Shown: positions 1-9,125 of the stretch, in pieces
How positions within the stretch are numbered: the first letter of the stretch is position 1
Layout of the letters: every line of letters begins with the position of its first letter
From: Myxococcales bacterium
GTDB taxonomy: Bacteria > Myxococcota > Myxococcia > Myxococcales > Anaeromyxobacteraceae
NCBI GenBank assembly: GCA_038320275.1
Contig: JBBQEB010000056.1
Span: 1 to 20,853 of the forward strand
Direction: 5' to 3'
Length of the DNA stretch: 20,853 bases
The notes under the pieces: generated by a model
What the model was told of the DNA's origin: nothing
Database searches by the model: none
What the model saw: only the letters and a program-made list of their open reading frames with translations
Position numbers and translations under genes: made by a program

Positions 1-704
1 AGCGCGACCACAGCGAGGTGCAGGCCGGAGACGGAGAGCAGGTGCGCGAGTCCGCTCCGGGCGAACGCGTCGTTCGTCCCCGCGTCGATGGCACCCCGGT
101 CGCCCGAACCGATGGCCCGCACCAGCGCCGCCTCGCGGGCGGGGAGCGCTCGGGAGGCCGCCTCGGCGAAGCGGCTGCGACCCGCCTCCAGCCAGGCCAG
201 TGCCGAGGGCGCGGCCACCCGCACCGGGGCGGCGGTGGCGTGCACCTCGAGCCCGATGCCCCGGGCGGCGAGCTCCCGGGCCCTGTCGCGCCCGCCGGGA
301 TTCCGCGCGCCTTCGGGCGAACGCACGCGCGCCTCCAGCCGGATCCGGTCGCCCAGCGCGAGCGGAAAGGCGATCGGGGGCGCGGTGGCAAGGGCGAGCT
401 CGCCCGCGGTGGTGCGCAGAGCGAACCGGACGCGCTCGTCCAGCCGCTCGGGGACCGAGGCGACTCTCCCCTCCAGCACTGCCTCCCCCACCCTTGGCAG
501 CGGGGGTCCGGAGGGGAGGGCGAGCGACGCCGCCAGGGCGCCCGCGGCGGCGAAGCCCAGCGGAGCAGTTCGCCGCGAGCAGGCGAAGGCGAGTGCCGCC
601 GCGCCGAGGCCAGCGAGGTGGGCGGGGGTAGCCTGGCCGAGCAAGCCGGACGCTGCACCGAGGGCGAGCCCCACGGCTAAAGGGACCAAGGGCCGCCGCG
701 TCAT
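1..704 (-). CDS. comEC: ComEC/Rec2 DNA-uptake competence protein, N-terminal part (runs off the left edge)
   Basis: Manual translation from ATG at 704-702: MTRRPLVPLAVGLALGAASG...LEGRVASVPERLDERVRF...LALGDRIRLEARVRSPEGARNPGGRD...GDRGAIDAGTNDAFARSGLAHLLSVSGLHLAVVA. It has a hydrophobic N-terminus, an OB-like (DUF4131-type) region with RNPGG, and the Competence-domain motif GLAHLLSVSGLH (18-53). No stop in the window, so it is absent from the ORF track. Confidence 0.93.
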   Translation of the reverse strand, partial: MTRRPLVPLAVGLALGAASGLLGQATPAHLAGLGAAALAFACSRRTAPLGFAAAGALAASLALPSGPPLPRVGEAVLEGRVASVPERLDERVRFALRTTAGELALATAPPIAFPLALGDRIRLEARVRSPEGARNPGGRDRARELAARGIGLEVHATAAPVRVAAPSALAWLEAGRSRFAEAASRALPAREAALVRAIGSGDRGAIDAGTNDAFARSGLAHLLSVSGLHLAVVA

Positions 705-767
705 GCGGTCTTTCGCCGCGCCGGACGTCGAAGGGCTTCACCCCCGATTCGCTGGAAATTTGCAGAA

Positions 768-796
768 TTGACGCAGGGGGTTAGCTGTGCTAAGGT
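768..796 (+). promoter_or_regulatory. sigma70/sigmaA-type promoter for cdnL
   Basis: TTGACG (768-773), 17-bp spacer, extended TG at 788-789, TAAGGT (791-796). It lies about 85 nt upstream of the cdnL ATG. Confidence 0.7.
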
Positions 797-880
797 CGCG
801 CGACTCAGCACCCTGCCCGCTTCCCTCCTAGGTAGAGGGTAAGCGGGTTGCGCCAATCGGGGCGAGGGTCGGAGGACTGG

Positions 881-1396
881 ATGCCTGGAACGCAGACGAG
901 CCCCGCCGCACACAACTTCAAGGTCGGCGACAAGGCTGTCTACCCGGGGCAAGGGGTGGGCGAGGTGATGGGCATCGAGCACAAGGAGGTCGCTGGCCAG
1001 CGGCAGTCGTTCTACGTGCTCCGGATCCTCGACAACGGGATGAAGATCATGATCCCGATGAACAAGGTCGGGTCCGTGGGATTGCGCGAGATCATCGGCG
1101 AGAAGGACGTGCGCCGCGTGTACACCATCCTTCGCGAGAAGGAGGTGTCGGTCGACTCCACCACCTGGAATCGCCGCTACCGCGAGTACATGGACAAGAT
1201 CAAGACCGGTTCGGTGTTCGAGATCGCGGAGGTGCTGCGCGATCTGTACCTGCTGCGCTCGGACAAGGACCTCTCCTTCGGAGAGCGCAAGATGCTCGAT
1301 ACCGCCCGCTCGCTGCTCATCAAGGAGCTCGCCATCGCGCGGGCCGTCGACGAGCAGGACGTCGAGATGGACCTGAAGAAGATCTTCAACTGTTGA
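881..1396 (+). CDS. cdnL: CarD/CdnL-family RNA polymerase-binding transcription factor (171 aa)
   Basis: FKVGDKAVYPGQGVGEV...WNRRYREYMDKIKTGSVFEIAEVLRDL...LSFGERKMLDTARSLLIKEL is the CarD_CdnL_TRCF signature. SD GGAGGA at 871-876 precedes ATG 881. There is no HMGA-like C-terminal tail, so this is CdnL rather than myxobacterial CarD. Confidence 0.96.
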   Translation: MPGTQTSPAAHNFKVGDKAVYPGQGVGEVMGIEHKEVAGQRQSFYVLRILDNGMKIMIPMNKVGSVGLREIIGEKDVRRVYTILREKEVSVDSTTWNRRYREYMDKIKTGSVFEIAEVLRDLYLLRSDKDLSFGERKMLDTARSLLIKELAIARAVDEQDVEMDLKKIFNC

Positions 1397-1400
1397 CCGC

Positions 1401-1478
1401 CCCGCGCGCCCGGACAGCCTGGGCGCCGGGAGAGCGCAGCGACCGCCGCCGCGTGGACCTCCGTCCGCGCGGCGGTCG
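1401..1478 (+). other. two GC-rich stem-loops between cdnL and ispDF
   Basis: First: GCGCCCGG/CTGGGCGC plus outer CCCG/CGGG (1401-1430). Second: CGACCGCC-(GCC bulge)-GCGTGGAC-CTCC-GTCCGCGC-GGCGGTCG (1440-1478), a 16-bp stem followed only by TT. Confidence 0.5.
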
Positions 1479-1568
1479 TTCGTCCACCTGTCGAAAGCCG
1501 TCTCACCTTCGCGCGCGCAGAGCATGCCGCCCGTAGAGCAGGGACGATGCCAGCGAGGGGAGGGGTCC

Positions 1569-2786
1569 ATGATCGGCGGTGAGCGCGTCGGGGCCATCCT
1601 GGCGGCAGGCGGTTCCGGCCAGCGGGCGGGACTCGCGAAACAGTGGCTCGAGCTCGGGGGCGAGAGCGTCCTTGCGCGGAGCGCGCGATCGCTGGCGGCC
1701 TCGGGCGTGGTCGACCTCGTCGCGGCGGTGGTGCCCCCCGGCGAGGAGGAGCGCGCGCGCGCTGCGCTCGCGGGCCTCGGCGTCCCGGTGGTGGCGGTCG
1801 CGGGCGCGGCCGCGCGTGCCGGCTCGGTTCGGAACGGCCTCGCCGTGCTGGGCGACTGCGCGGTGGTGCTCGTGCACGACGCGGCTCGCCCGTTCGCCAC
1901 GCCTGCGCTGGCCCGGGCGGTGGCCCTCGTCGCCGCGCGCGACGGCGCCGCGCTGGCGGCGCTCCCATCCGTCGATACCGTCAAGGAGGCGGACCTTCCG
2001 CCCGGGTTCGACCTCGAACGCGCCGCGGCGAGCCTCGCCGCCGGCGCGGAGGGCCTGGCGCTGCCCCAGGCCACGCGCACTCTCGATCGCCGGGCGGTCT
2101 GGCTCGCCCAGACGCCGCAGGGTTTTCGGGCCGAGCTGCTCCGGCGCGCCTTCGAGGCCGCCGGCAAGGGCGCGGAGGACGTGACGGACGAGTGCGCACT
2201 GGTGGAGAAGCTCGGCGAGAAGGTCACGCTCGTCCCCGGCGAGCGCGGCAACTGGAAGCTCACCACCGCGGACGACGTCGCCCGCGCCCGAGCGCGCCTG
2301 GAGGCGCCGGTCGCCATGGGCGTGGGCTACGACGTGCATCCCTTCGCCGCTGGCCGACGTCTGGTACTCGGCGGCGTGGAATTCGACGGGGACGGCCTCG
2401 CCGGCCACTCCGACGCGGACATCTGCGCGCACGCCATCGGCGACGCCATCCTGGGAGCCGCCGGGCTGGGCGACCTGGGCCGGCACTTCCCCGACACCGA
2501 CCCGCGCTGGAAGGGGGTCTCGTCCCTGCTGCTGCTGGCGGAGATCGCCCGCAAGGCCGCCGGCGCGGGCTGGCGGGTGGGCAACTGCGACGTAACCCTG
2601 GCGGCGCGGCGGCCCAAGATCGCCCCGCGAGCGGAGGAGATGCGCGCGCGCCTGGCCGACGCGCTGGGCATCCCTGCGGGATGCGTGAACGTGAAGGCCA
2701 CCACGGGCGAGCGGCTGGGGTTCGTGGGGCGGGGCGAGGGCATCGCCGCGCACGCGGTGGCGCTCCTCGTCCGCGAGACAGGCTGA
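1569..2786 (+). CDS. ispDF: bifunctional IspD/IspF (MEP cytidylyltransferase / MEcPP synthase), 405 aa
   Basis: IspD motifs AAGGSGQR..KQ, VLVHDAARP, AQTPQGF, TDE and NWKLTT are fused to IspF motifs GVGYDVH, GHSDAD, GDLGRHFPDTD and NVKATTGERLGFVGRGEGIAA. A G/A-rich SD precedes ATG 1569. Confidence 0.96.
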   Translation: MIGGERVGAILAAGGSGQRAGLAKQWLELGGESVLARSARSLAASGVVDLVAAVVPPGEEERARAALAGLGVPVVAVAGAAARAGSVRNGLAVLGDCAVVLVHDAARPFATPALARAVALVAARDGAALAALPSVDTVKEADLPPGFDLERAAASLAAGAEGLALPQATRTLDRRAVWLAQTPQGFRAELLRRAFEAAGKGAEDVTDECALVEKLGEKVTLVPGERGNWKLTTADDVARARARLEAPVAMGVGYDVHPFAAGRRLVLGGVEFDGDGLAGHSDADICAHAIGDAILGAAGLGDLGRHFPDTDPRWKGVSSLLLLAEIARKAAGAGWRVGNCDVTLAARRPKIAPRAEEMRARLADALGIPAGCVNVKATTGERLGFVGRGEGIAAHAVALLVRETG

Positions 2787-2807
2787 CGGCGAGGCCATCG
2801 AGAGCAC

Positions 2808-4301
2808 ATGCCGATCCAGATCTTCGATACGCTGACGGGCGCGAAGCGCGAGCTCGTCCCGCTAGAGCCGGGCCGGGTGCGCTTCTACGCCTGCGGGCCC
2901 ACCGTTTACGATCATGCCCACGTGGGTCACGCCCGCAGCTACGTGGTGTGGGACGTGGTGGTGCGGCACCTCCGCGCGCGGGGCCTCGACGTGAAGTACG
3001 TCCGCAACTTCACCGACGTCGATGACAAGATCATCCGCCGCGCGGCGGAGCGGCGCGAGGATCCCATCGCCCTCGCCGACGGGTTCGCGCGCGCCTTCGA
3101 CGAGGACATGGCCGCGCTGGGGAACCTGCCGCCGGACGCGGCACCGCGCGTGTCGGACCACATCCCGCAGATCGTGGCCCTGGTGGAGCGGCTGGTGGAG
3201 CGAGGTTTCGCCTACGTCCCGGGAAATGGCGACGTCTACTACGCCGTCCGCAAGTTCCCGGAGTACGGCCGGCTCGCGAAGCGCAACCTCGACGACCTCC
3301 TCTCGGGCGCGCGGGTGGAGACCGGCGAGGCCAAGCGCGACCCCCTCGACTTCGCGCTCTGGAAGGGCGCCAAGCCGGGTGAGCCGGCCTGGGACTCGCC
3401 GTGGGGCAGCGGCCGCCCGGGGTGGCACATCGAGTGCTCGGCCATGTCGATGGCGCACCTGGGCATCCCCATCGACCTGCACGGCGGTGGCAAGGACCTC
3501 GTCTTTCCCCATCACACCAACGAGATCGCGCAGTCGGTGGCCGCGCTCGGGGGCGACCTCCGCGCGGAGGGCTTTTCGCGCGCCTGGATGCACCACGGGT
3601 TCGTGGAGATCGACAGCCAGAAGATGTCGAAGTCGCTCGGCAACTTCTTCACGATCCGCGAGGTGCTCCGCAGCTACGACGCGGAGGCGCTGCGCCTGTT
3701 CCTGGTCGGAACGCACTACCGCCATCCCATCAGCTTCAGCGATCCCCTGCTGGGCGAGGCGGAGCGGCGGCTCGCGTACCTGTACGAGACGCTCGCGAAG
3801 GTCGACGCGGTCGCCCCCGGCACGGAGGCAGGCCCGGCCCGTGCGTCGCCCGCCGTCGGCGGCGACCTCGCCGACCGCGTGGCCTCCGCGCTCGACGATG
3901 ACTTCAACACGGCCGCCGTGCTCGCCGTCCTGGCCGAGGCGTTCACGTCCGCGAATGCGCTGGCGGACGCCAAGGGCAAGAAGACGCCCGAAGCGCGCGC
4001 GCGGCTCGCACGCTTCGCCCGCGGGGCGCGTGCGGCGGCGGCGACCTTGAACCTCCTCCAGCGGCCGCCTGCACAGGCCCTCGCCGCGCTGCGCGATCGG
4101 GCCGCGACGCGATGCGGCATCGACGGCGCGGCGGTGGAGGAGAAGCTCCGCGAGCGCGCCGCGGCGCGCAAAGAGAAGGATTTCGCGCGCTCCGACGCCA
4201 TCCGCGATGAGCTGCTCGCGATGGGCGTCGGGATCATGGACGGTCCCCAGGGGACGGGCTGGAAAGTCCTCGAGCCTCGAACCGCCCCTCACGGGACGTG
4301 A
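2808..4301 (+). CDS. cysS: cysteine--tRNA ligase (497 aa)
   Basis: CGPTVYDHAHVGH (HIGH), NFTDVDDKII, DFALWK, GRPGWHIECSAM, DLHGGGKDLVFPHH, KMSKSLGNF and a C-terminal DFARSDAIRDEL. Confidence 0.98.
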   Translation: MPIQIFDTLTGAKRELVPLEPGRVRFYACGPTVYDHAHVGHARSYVVWDVVVRHLRARGLDVKYVRNFTDVDDKIIRRAAERREDPIALADGFARAFDEDMAALGNLPPDAAPRVSDHIPQIVALVERLVERGFAYVPGNGDVYYAVRKFPEYGRLAKRNLDDLLSGARVETGEAKRDPLDFALWKGAKPGEPAWDSPWGSGRPGWHIECSAMSMAHLGIPIDLHGGGKDLVFPHHTNEIAQSVAALGGDLRAEGFSRAWMHHGFVEIDSQKMSKSLGNFFTIREVLRSYDAEALRLFLVGTHYRHPISFSDPLLGEAERRLAYLYETLAKVDAVAPGTEAGPARASPAVGGDLADRVASALDDDFNTAAVLAVLAEAFTSANALADAKGKKTPEARARLARFARGARAAAATLNLLQRPPAQALAALRDRAATRCGIDGAAVEEKLRERAAARKEKDFARSDAIRDELLAMGVGIMDGPQGTGWKVLEPRTAPHGT

Positions 4302-4359
4302 GGGCGGCGAGCCGCCAGACCATGAGTGCGGGCCGCGCTCCCCGCGCCCCGGAGGTTTC

Positions 4360-6990
4360 ATGTCGCAGCGCAGCACCTCGACTGCCTTCCTTCTGACGCT
4401 GTCGCTGTCACTCGCCGTCGCTCTCGCGTGCGGGAGCTCGAGCGAGACTGGAGGCGGCAAGGACCCGTTCTCCTCGGTGCCCGTGTCCCAGCGGCTGACG
4501 GGCGGAGGGCTGGGCGCGGACGTCAACGTGCTGGTGGACGGCCTCGGAATCCCCCACGTCTACGCGGGCAGCGACGGCGACGGAGCGTACGCGCTCGGGT
4601 GGGTCCAGGCCAACGACCGCTTCTTCCAGATGGACCTGTTCCGCAAGGTGGCTCGCGGGCGGCTGGGCGAGCTCCTGGGCGGCGTGGCCGACCCGGCGCA
4701 GGACATCCAGATGCGGACGATGTTCACCTCGACGCGAGCTGCGTCGAACGGGAGCCACCACGTCGAGGACCTCATCGCGGAGGGCCTCACCCCCGAGCTC
4801 CGGGCGTACGCGCAGCGGTACGCCGACGGTATCAACCGCTGGCTCGACGACGTGAGGGCGAACCGGAGCGGCGCGACCCTCCCGCCCCAGTACGCGAGCC
4901 TCGCCGTATCCGCGACCGACATCGCGCCCTGGACGGTGGAGGACTCGCTGGCCATCGGCCGGCTGCAGTCCTTCCAGCTCTCCGACAGCTCGGGGGAGGA
5001 GCTCCTGGCTGGCAAGCTGCGCACGTCCGGGCTCGACACGACGGTGTTCAACGACCTCACCCGGCACGCGCAGGCTGTGCCGGCCGCCATCCTGGCGCTC
5101 GCGGCGTCCCGGCCGTCCACGAGCGCCGCACGCGCTTCCGCGGCCGCGGCGGCCCAGGCGGACGCGGGGCTCGCCGAGGCCCGGGGCAGCATCGATGGTG
5201 CGCTCGCCGCGCGCAGCACGCTCCAGCTTCCCTTCGCCTCCGGGGGCGATCGCGCGGGCTCCAACAACTGGACCGTCATGCCGGGCCGGACGGCGAACGG
5301 CCACGTCCTCGTCGCGAACGACCCGCACCTGTCCCTCTCCCGCCCCGCCAACTTCCACCTTGCCCATCTCGTCACGCCCACCCGCAACGTCGCGGGCGCG
5401 ATCTTCCCTGGAACACCGGTGGTGGTCATCGGCCACAACGACAAGCTCGCCTGGGGCGACACCGTGGTGGGCTACGACGTGACGGACCTCTACGTCGAGA
5501 CGCTCGACGCGGTGCCGGTGCCCACCAGCGTGCTGTACAAGGGCGCGCAGGTGCCGCTCACGGTGATCCAGGAGACGCGCAAGGTGCGCGGGTCCGCCGA
5601 CCAGACCTACCCCATCTACCTCGTACCGCACCGCGGGCCGCTCCTGCCCGGCTCCATCGATCCCGTGGCCAAGACCGCCATCTCGGTGCGCTGGACCGGG
5701 CAGGACCCCACCTACGAGGTGCAGGCCTTCTACGAGCTGAACGCGGCCAAGAACGTCGACGGGGCCTTCGCCGCGCTCGCCAAGTTCGGAGTCGGCGCGC
5801 AGAACTTCAACTTCGGCGACACGGCTGGTCACATCGGCTACGACCCGCACGCGCTCGTGCCCATCCGCGGGAGCGCCGCGAACGGCTGCCTGCCCTGGCT
5901 GCCCATGCCTGGCAAGGACGACAAATGCGACTGGCAGGGCTTCATCCCCGACGACCAGCTGCCGCAGGCGCGCGACCCGGCCAAGGGCTACCTCGCCACG
6001 GCCAACAACGACGTGACGGGGCGGCTCGCCGCGGGAGCGGCCGGCGCCGACGCCGACCCGCTCGCCGGCGGACCGTACCTGTACGCTTACAGCGACATCG
6101 GCTTCCGGGCGCAGCGCATCGCGACGCGGCTCGACGGGCTCCCGCGCGCCACCCTGGACGACATGACCGCGCTCCAGGCCGACAACCACTCGAACCTGGC
6201 CGAGACCATGATGCCGGGGCTCCTGGCGCTGCTCGCCCCCCGGACGCTCTCGCCCACCGCGCAAGCGATCGTGGCGCTGTGGCAGGGCTGGGACTTCACC
6301 ACGCCCACCGGCACGGAGCCGGGGGCTGGCGTCGCCTCGAGCTCGGCCGCCTCGGCGGCCTTCCACGCCTTCCTGCACCCGTTCGCCTCGCGCGCGATCG
6401 TGGCCGGGATGAGCTCGGCAGGCGCCAACGCGGCGAGCCTCGCCGCGACCGTTCCCTCGGAGCAGCTGGTGAAGGTCCTGGTGGGCGTGACCCAGTCGCC
6501 GCGCCCGCTCCGCTCGAACGCCTGGTGCAGCGGCGACTGCTCCAGCGCCGCCGCGGCCGCCCTGGAGGACACGGTCGCCTTCCTCGGCGCGCGGCTGGGC
6601 CCGGCGCCCTCCGCCTGGCGCTGGGGCGACCTGCACCACGTGAAGTTCCGGAGCCCGGTGTCGCCGATCCTGCCCGACCTGGGCCCCTTCCCGAACGACG
6701 GAGGGCTGTTCACGGTGGACGTGGCGAACTTCGACCTGTGGAGCGACACCTTCGAGCAGCACGCCGGGCCCAACATCCGCATCGTGACCGAGCTCGATCC
6801 CGCTGGCGTGAAGTCGCGCATGGTGATCCCGGGCGGCGAGTCGGATCGCCCGGGTTTCCTCGGCGCGACGGCCTCGCCCCACGACATGGGCCAGGTGCCA
6901 GCCTGGCTCGCCAACGAGAAGGGCGACCAGCCGTTCAGCCAGCCCGAGGTGGTGACGGCCGCGAAGAGCCGGCTCGTGTTCGCGAGGTAG
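4360..6990 (+). CDS. penicillin acylase family (peptidase S45, Ntn hydrolase), predicted lipoprotein, 876 aa
   Basis: SD GGAGG at 4351-4355. Signal peptide with lipobox (...LAVALA-C). Alpha-subunit motifs GIPHVYA and [19 protein letters not shown]. Beta-subunit start G|SNNW (Ser codon 5260-5262), then ANDPHL, ATANN, WRWGDLH and IPGGES. Confidence 0.92.
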   Translation: MSQRSTSTAFLLTLSLSLAVALACGSSSETGGGKDPFSSVPVSQRLTGGGLGADVNVLVDGLGIPHVYAGSDGDGAYALGWVQANDRFFQMDLFRKVARGRLGELLGGVADPAQDIQMRTMFTSTRAASNGSHHVEDLIAEGLTPELRAYAQRYADGINRWLDDVRANRSGATLPPQYASLAVSATDIAPWTVEDSLAIGRLQSFQLSDSSGEELLAGKLRTSGLDTTVFNDLTRHAQAVPAAILALAASRPSTSAARASAAAAAQADAGLAEARGSIDGALAARSTLQLPFASGGDRAGSNNWTVMPGRTANGHVLVANDPHLSLSRPANFHLAHLVTPTRNVAGAIFPGTPVVVIGHNDKLAWGDTVVGYDVTDLYVETLDAVPVPTSVLYKGAQVPLTVIQETRKVRGSADQTYPIYLVPHRGPLLPGSIDPVAKTAISVRWTGQDPTYEVQAFYELNAAKNVDGAFAALAKFGVGAQNFNFGDTAGHIGYDPHALVPIRGSAANGCLPWLPMPGKDDKCDWQGFIPDDQLPQARDPAKGYLATANNDVTGRLAAGAAGADADPLAGGPYLYAYSDIGFRAQRIATRLDGLPRATLDDMTALQADNHSNLAETMMPGLLALLAPRTLSPTAQAIVALWQGWDFTTPTGTEPGAGVASSSAASAAFHAFLHPFASRAIVAGMSSAGANAASLAATVPSEQLVKVLVGVTQSPRPLRSNAWCSGDCSSAAAAALEDTVAFLGARLGPAPSAWRWGDLHHVKFRSPVSPILPDLGPFPNDGGLFTVDVANFDLWSDTFEQHAGPNIRIVTELDPAGVKSRMVIPGGESDRPGFLGATASPHDMGQVPAWLANEKGDQPFSQPEVVTAAKSRLVFAR

Positions 6991-7018
6991 CCGGACGGCG
7001 CGCCGCGCTTCCCAGCGC

Positions 7019-7024
7019 TAAGCT
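7019..7024 (+). promoter_or_regulatory. candidate -10 element directly before the uvrB start (possible leaderless transcript)
   Basis: TAAGCT lies 7 nt before GTG 7032. No SD and no clear -35. Confidence 0.45.
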
Positions 7025-7031
7025 CCCGGGG

Positions 7032-9122
7032 GTGGCCCTCGCGATCCAAAGCGCGTTCCAGCCCACGGGCGATCAGCCGCGCGCCATCGCCGAGCTGACG
7101 GAGGGGCTGCGACGGGGGGATGCGCACCAGGTGCTCCTGGGCGTCACCGGCTCGGGCAAGACGTTCACGGTCGCGAACGTGGTCGCGAACGTGCAGCGCG
7201 CCACGCTCGTGATCGCGCACAACAAGACGCTGGCGGCGCAGCTCTACGGCGAGTTCCGCGACCTCTTCCCGGACGCCGCCGTGCACTACTTCGTCTCGTA
7301 CTACGACTACTACCAGCCGGAGGCGTACGTCCCCTCGACGGACACGTACATCGAGAAGGACTCGTCCATCAACGACGAGATCGACCGCATGCGGCACGCG
7401 GCCACCCACGCCCTGCTCACGCGCAACGACGTGCTCATCGTGGCCTCGGTGAGCTGCATCTACGGCCTCGGGACCGCCGAGGCGTACTACGGCCTGCTCC
7501 AGAAGGTGGAGCGCGGACAGGACTTCATGCGCGACCGGTTCATCCGGTCGCTCATCGACATCCAGTACGAGCGGAACGACCTCGACTTCCACCGGGGCAC
7601 CTTCCGCGTGCGCGGGGACACCATCGAGATCTTCCCGCCCTACGAGGAGCAGCGGGCGGTCCGCATCCAGTTCTTCGGGGACACGGTGGAGCGCATCCAG
7701 GAGTTCGACCCGCTCCGCGGCATCGCGCTCGACGAGATCGACAAGGTCTCCATCTTCCCCAACAGCCACTACGTGTCGGCTCCCGAGACCCGCAAGCGCG
7801 CGATCGACGGCATCCGCGAGGAGCTGCGCGGAAGGCTGGGGGAGCTGCGCGGCGAGAACAAGCTGGTGGAGGCGCAGCGGCTGGAGAGCCGGACCCTCTT
7901 CGATCTGGAGATGCTGGAGCAGATGGGCTTCTGCTCTGGGATCGAGAATTACTCGCGCTGGCTGTCGGGCCGAAAGCCGGGCGACCCGCCACCCTGCCTC
8001 ATCGACTACTTTCCCGACGACTACCTGCTCGTCATCGACGAGTCCCACCAGACCATCCCGCAGATCGGTGCCATGTACCGCGGCGACCGCTCCCGCAAAG
8101 AGACGCTGGTGGACTTCGGCTTCCGGCTTCCCTCCGCGCTCGATAACCGCCCGCTCAAGTTCGAGGAGTTCGAGCGCATCCAGAACCAGGCCATCTTCGT
8201 GTCGGCGACGCCGTCGGCGTACGAGCTGGAGAAGTCGGGCGGAGTGGTGGTCGAGCAGATCATCCGCCCCACCGGCCTCCTCGATCCGGAGGTGGAGGTG
8301 CGCCCGGTGGGCTCGCAGGTGGACGACCTCCTGGCCGAGGTCCGGCTCCGCGAGAAGGCCGGGCAACGGGTGCTCGTGACCACGCTCACGAAGCGCATGG
8401 CCGAGGATCTGACGGAGTACTACACCGACGTCGGCGTCCGCTGCCGCTACCTGCACTCGGACATCGTCACGCTCGAGCGAAGCGCCATCATCCGCGACCT
8501 GCGCCGGGGTGAGTACGACGTGCTCATCGGCATCAACCTCCTGCGGGAAGGGCTCGACATCCCCGAGGTGTCGCTCGTCGCCGTGCTCGACGCCGACAAG
8601 GAGGGCTTCCTCCGCAGCGAGGTGTCGCTCGTGCAGACCATCGGCCGCGCCGCGCGCCACCTCGACGGCCGGGTGCTCCTGTACGCCGACAGGGTCACCG
8701 ACTCGATGCGGAAGGCGATCGACGAGACCAACCGCCGGCGCGAGGTGCAGCGGCGCCACAACGAGGAGCACGGCATCACCCCCCAGTCGGTGGTGCGCAA
8801 CATCATGGAGCTGGGGATGGGCGGGGGCGGCGGGGGCGAGGCTGCGCTCCCCAGGGCTGCCGAGGGGGGCGTGGAGTACCAGCCGGAGCAGATCCCGCGC
8901 ATCGTGGAGGACCTCGAGCGGGAGATGAAGCGCGCCTCCGAGGAGCTCGAGTTCGAGAAGGCGGCCGGGCTGCGCGACCGCATCCTGACGCTCAAGGACC
9001 TCGCGCTCGGCGTCGTCCGGAACACCGCCGGGCGCAGGGGCCTCCTGGGCTCGGGCGCCAATCTCGCCGCAGGCGGCGGCGCGCCGCCAAAGGCGCAGGC
9101 CGCCCGGCGCAGGCGGCGCTGA
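7032..9122 (+). CDS. uvrB: excinuclease ABC subunit B (696 aa)
   Basis: [88 protein letters not shown] and a C-terminal UVR domain ([11 protein letters not shown]). GTG start inferred; the 4326 start in the track is a shadow-frame extension. Confidence 0.97.
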   Translation: MALAIQSAFQPTGDQPRAIAELTEGLRRGDAHQVLLGVTGSGKTFTVANVVANVQRATLVIAHNKTLAAQLYGEFRDLFPDAAVHYFVSYYDYYQPEAYVPSTDTYIEKDSSINDEIDRMRHAATHALLTRNDVLIVASVSCIYGLGTAEAYYGLLQKVERGQDFMRDRFIRSLIDIQYERNDLDFHRGTFRVRGDTIEIFPPYEEQRAVRIQFFGDTVERIQEFDPLRGIALDEIDKVSIFPNSHYVSAPETRKRAIDGIREELRGRLGELRGENKLVEAQRLESRTLFDLEMLEQMGFCSGIENYSRWLSGRKPGDPPPCLIDYFPDDYLLVIDESHQTIPQIGAMYRGDRSRKETLVDFGFRLPSALDNRPLKFEEFERIQNQAIFVSATPSAYELEKSGGVVVEQIIRPTGLLDPEVEVRPVGSQVDDLLAEVRLREKAGQRVLVTTLTKRMAEDLTEYYTDVGVRCRYLHSDIVTLERSAIIRDLRRGEYDVLIGINLLREGLDIPEVSLVAVLDADKEGFLRSEVSLVQTIGRAARHLDGRVLLYADRVTDSMRKAIDETNRRREVQRRHNEEHGITPQSVVRNIMELGMGGGGGGEAALPRAAEGGVEYQPEQIPRIVEDLEREMKRASEELEFEKAAGLRDRILTLKDLALGVVRNTAGRRGLLGSGANLAAGGGAPPKAQAARRRRR

Positions 9123-9125
9123 CCG

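Noticed and set aside
18..771. Plus-strand ORFs 18-680, 88-771 and 200-631
   Set aside because: Antisense shadows of comEC on the minus strand.
2787..2807. T-box or attenuator before cysS
   Set aside because: The intergenic gap is only 21 bp and has no T-box motif.
881..4301. cdnL-ispDF-cysS cluster as a novel system
   Set aside because: This is well-known conserved synteny, for example carD-ispD-ispF-cysS1 in Mycobacterium tuberculosis.
6991..7031. LexA/SOS box upstream of uvrB (also checked 10863-11031 for uvrC)
   Set aside because: I could see no recognisable LexA-type palindrome or motif shared by the two upstream regions.
8813..8836. G-quadruplex-like motif GGGG-AT-GGG-C-GGGGG-CGGC-GGGGG in uvrB
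   Set aside because: It is explained by a poly-Gly linker in a very GC-rich genome, with no independent support for function.
4326..9122. 1598-aa ORF suggesting a giant UvrB fusion
   Set aside because: The first ~900 codons are a shifted frame over the acylase gene. Stops there need T at the acylase third codon position, which is rare at this GC, and the translation is Arg/Gly/Pro-rich nonsense. UvrB homology starts at about 7032.
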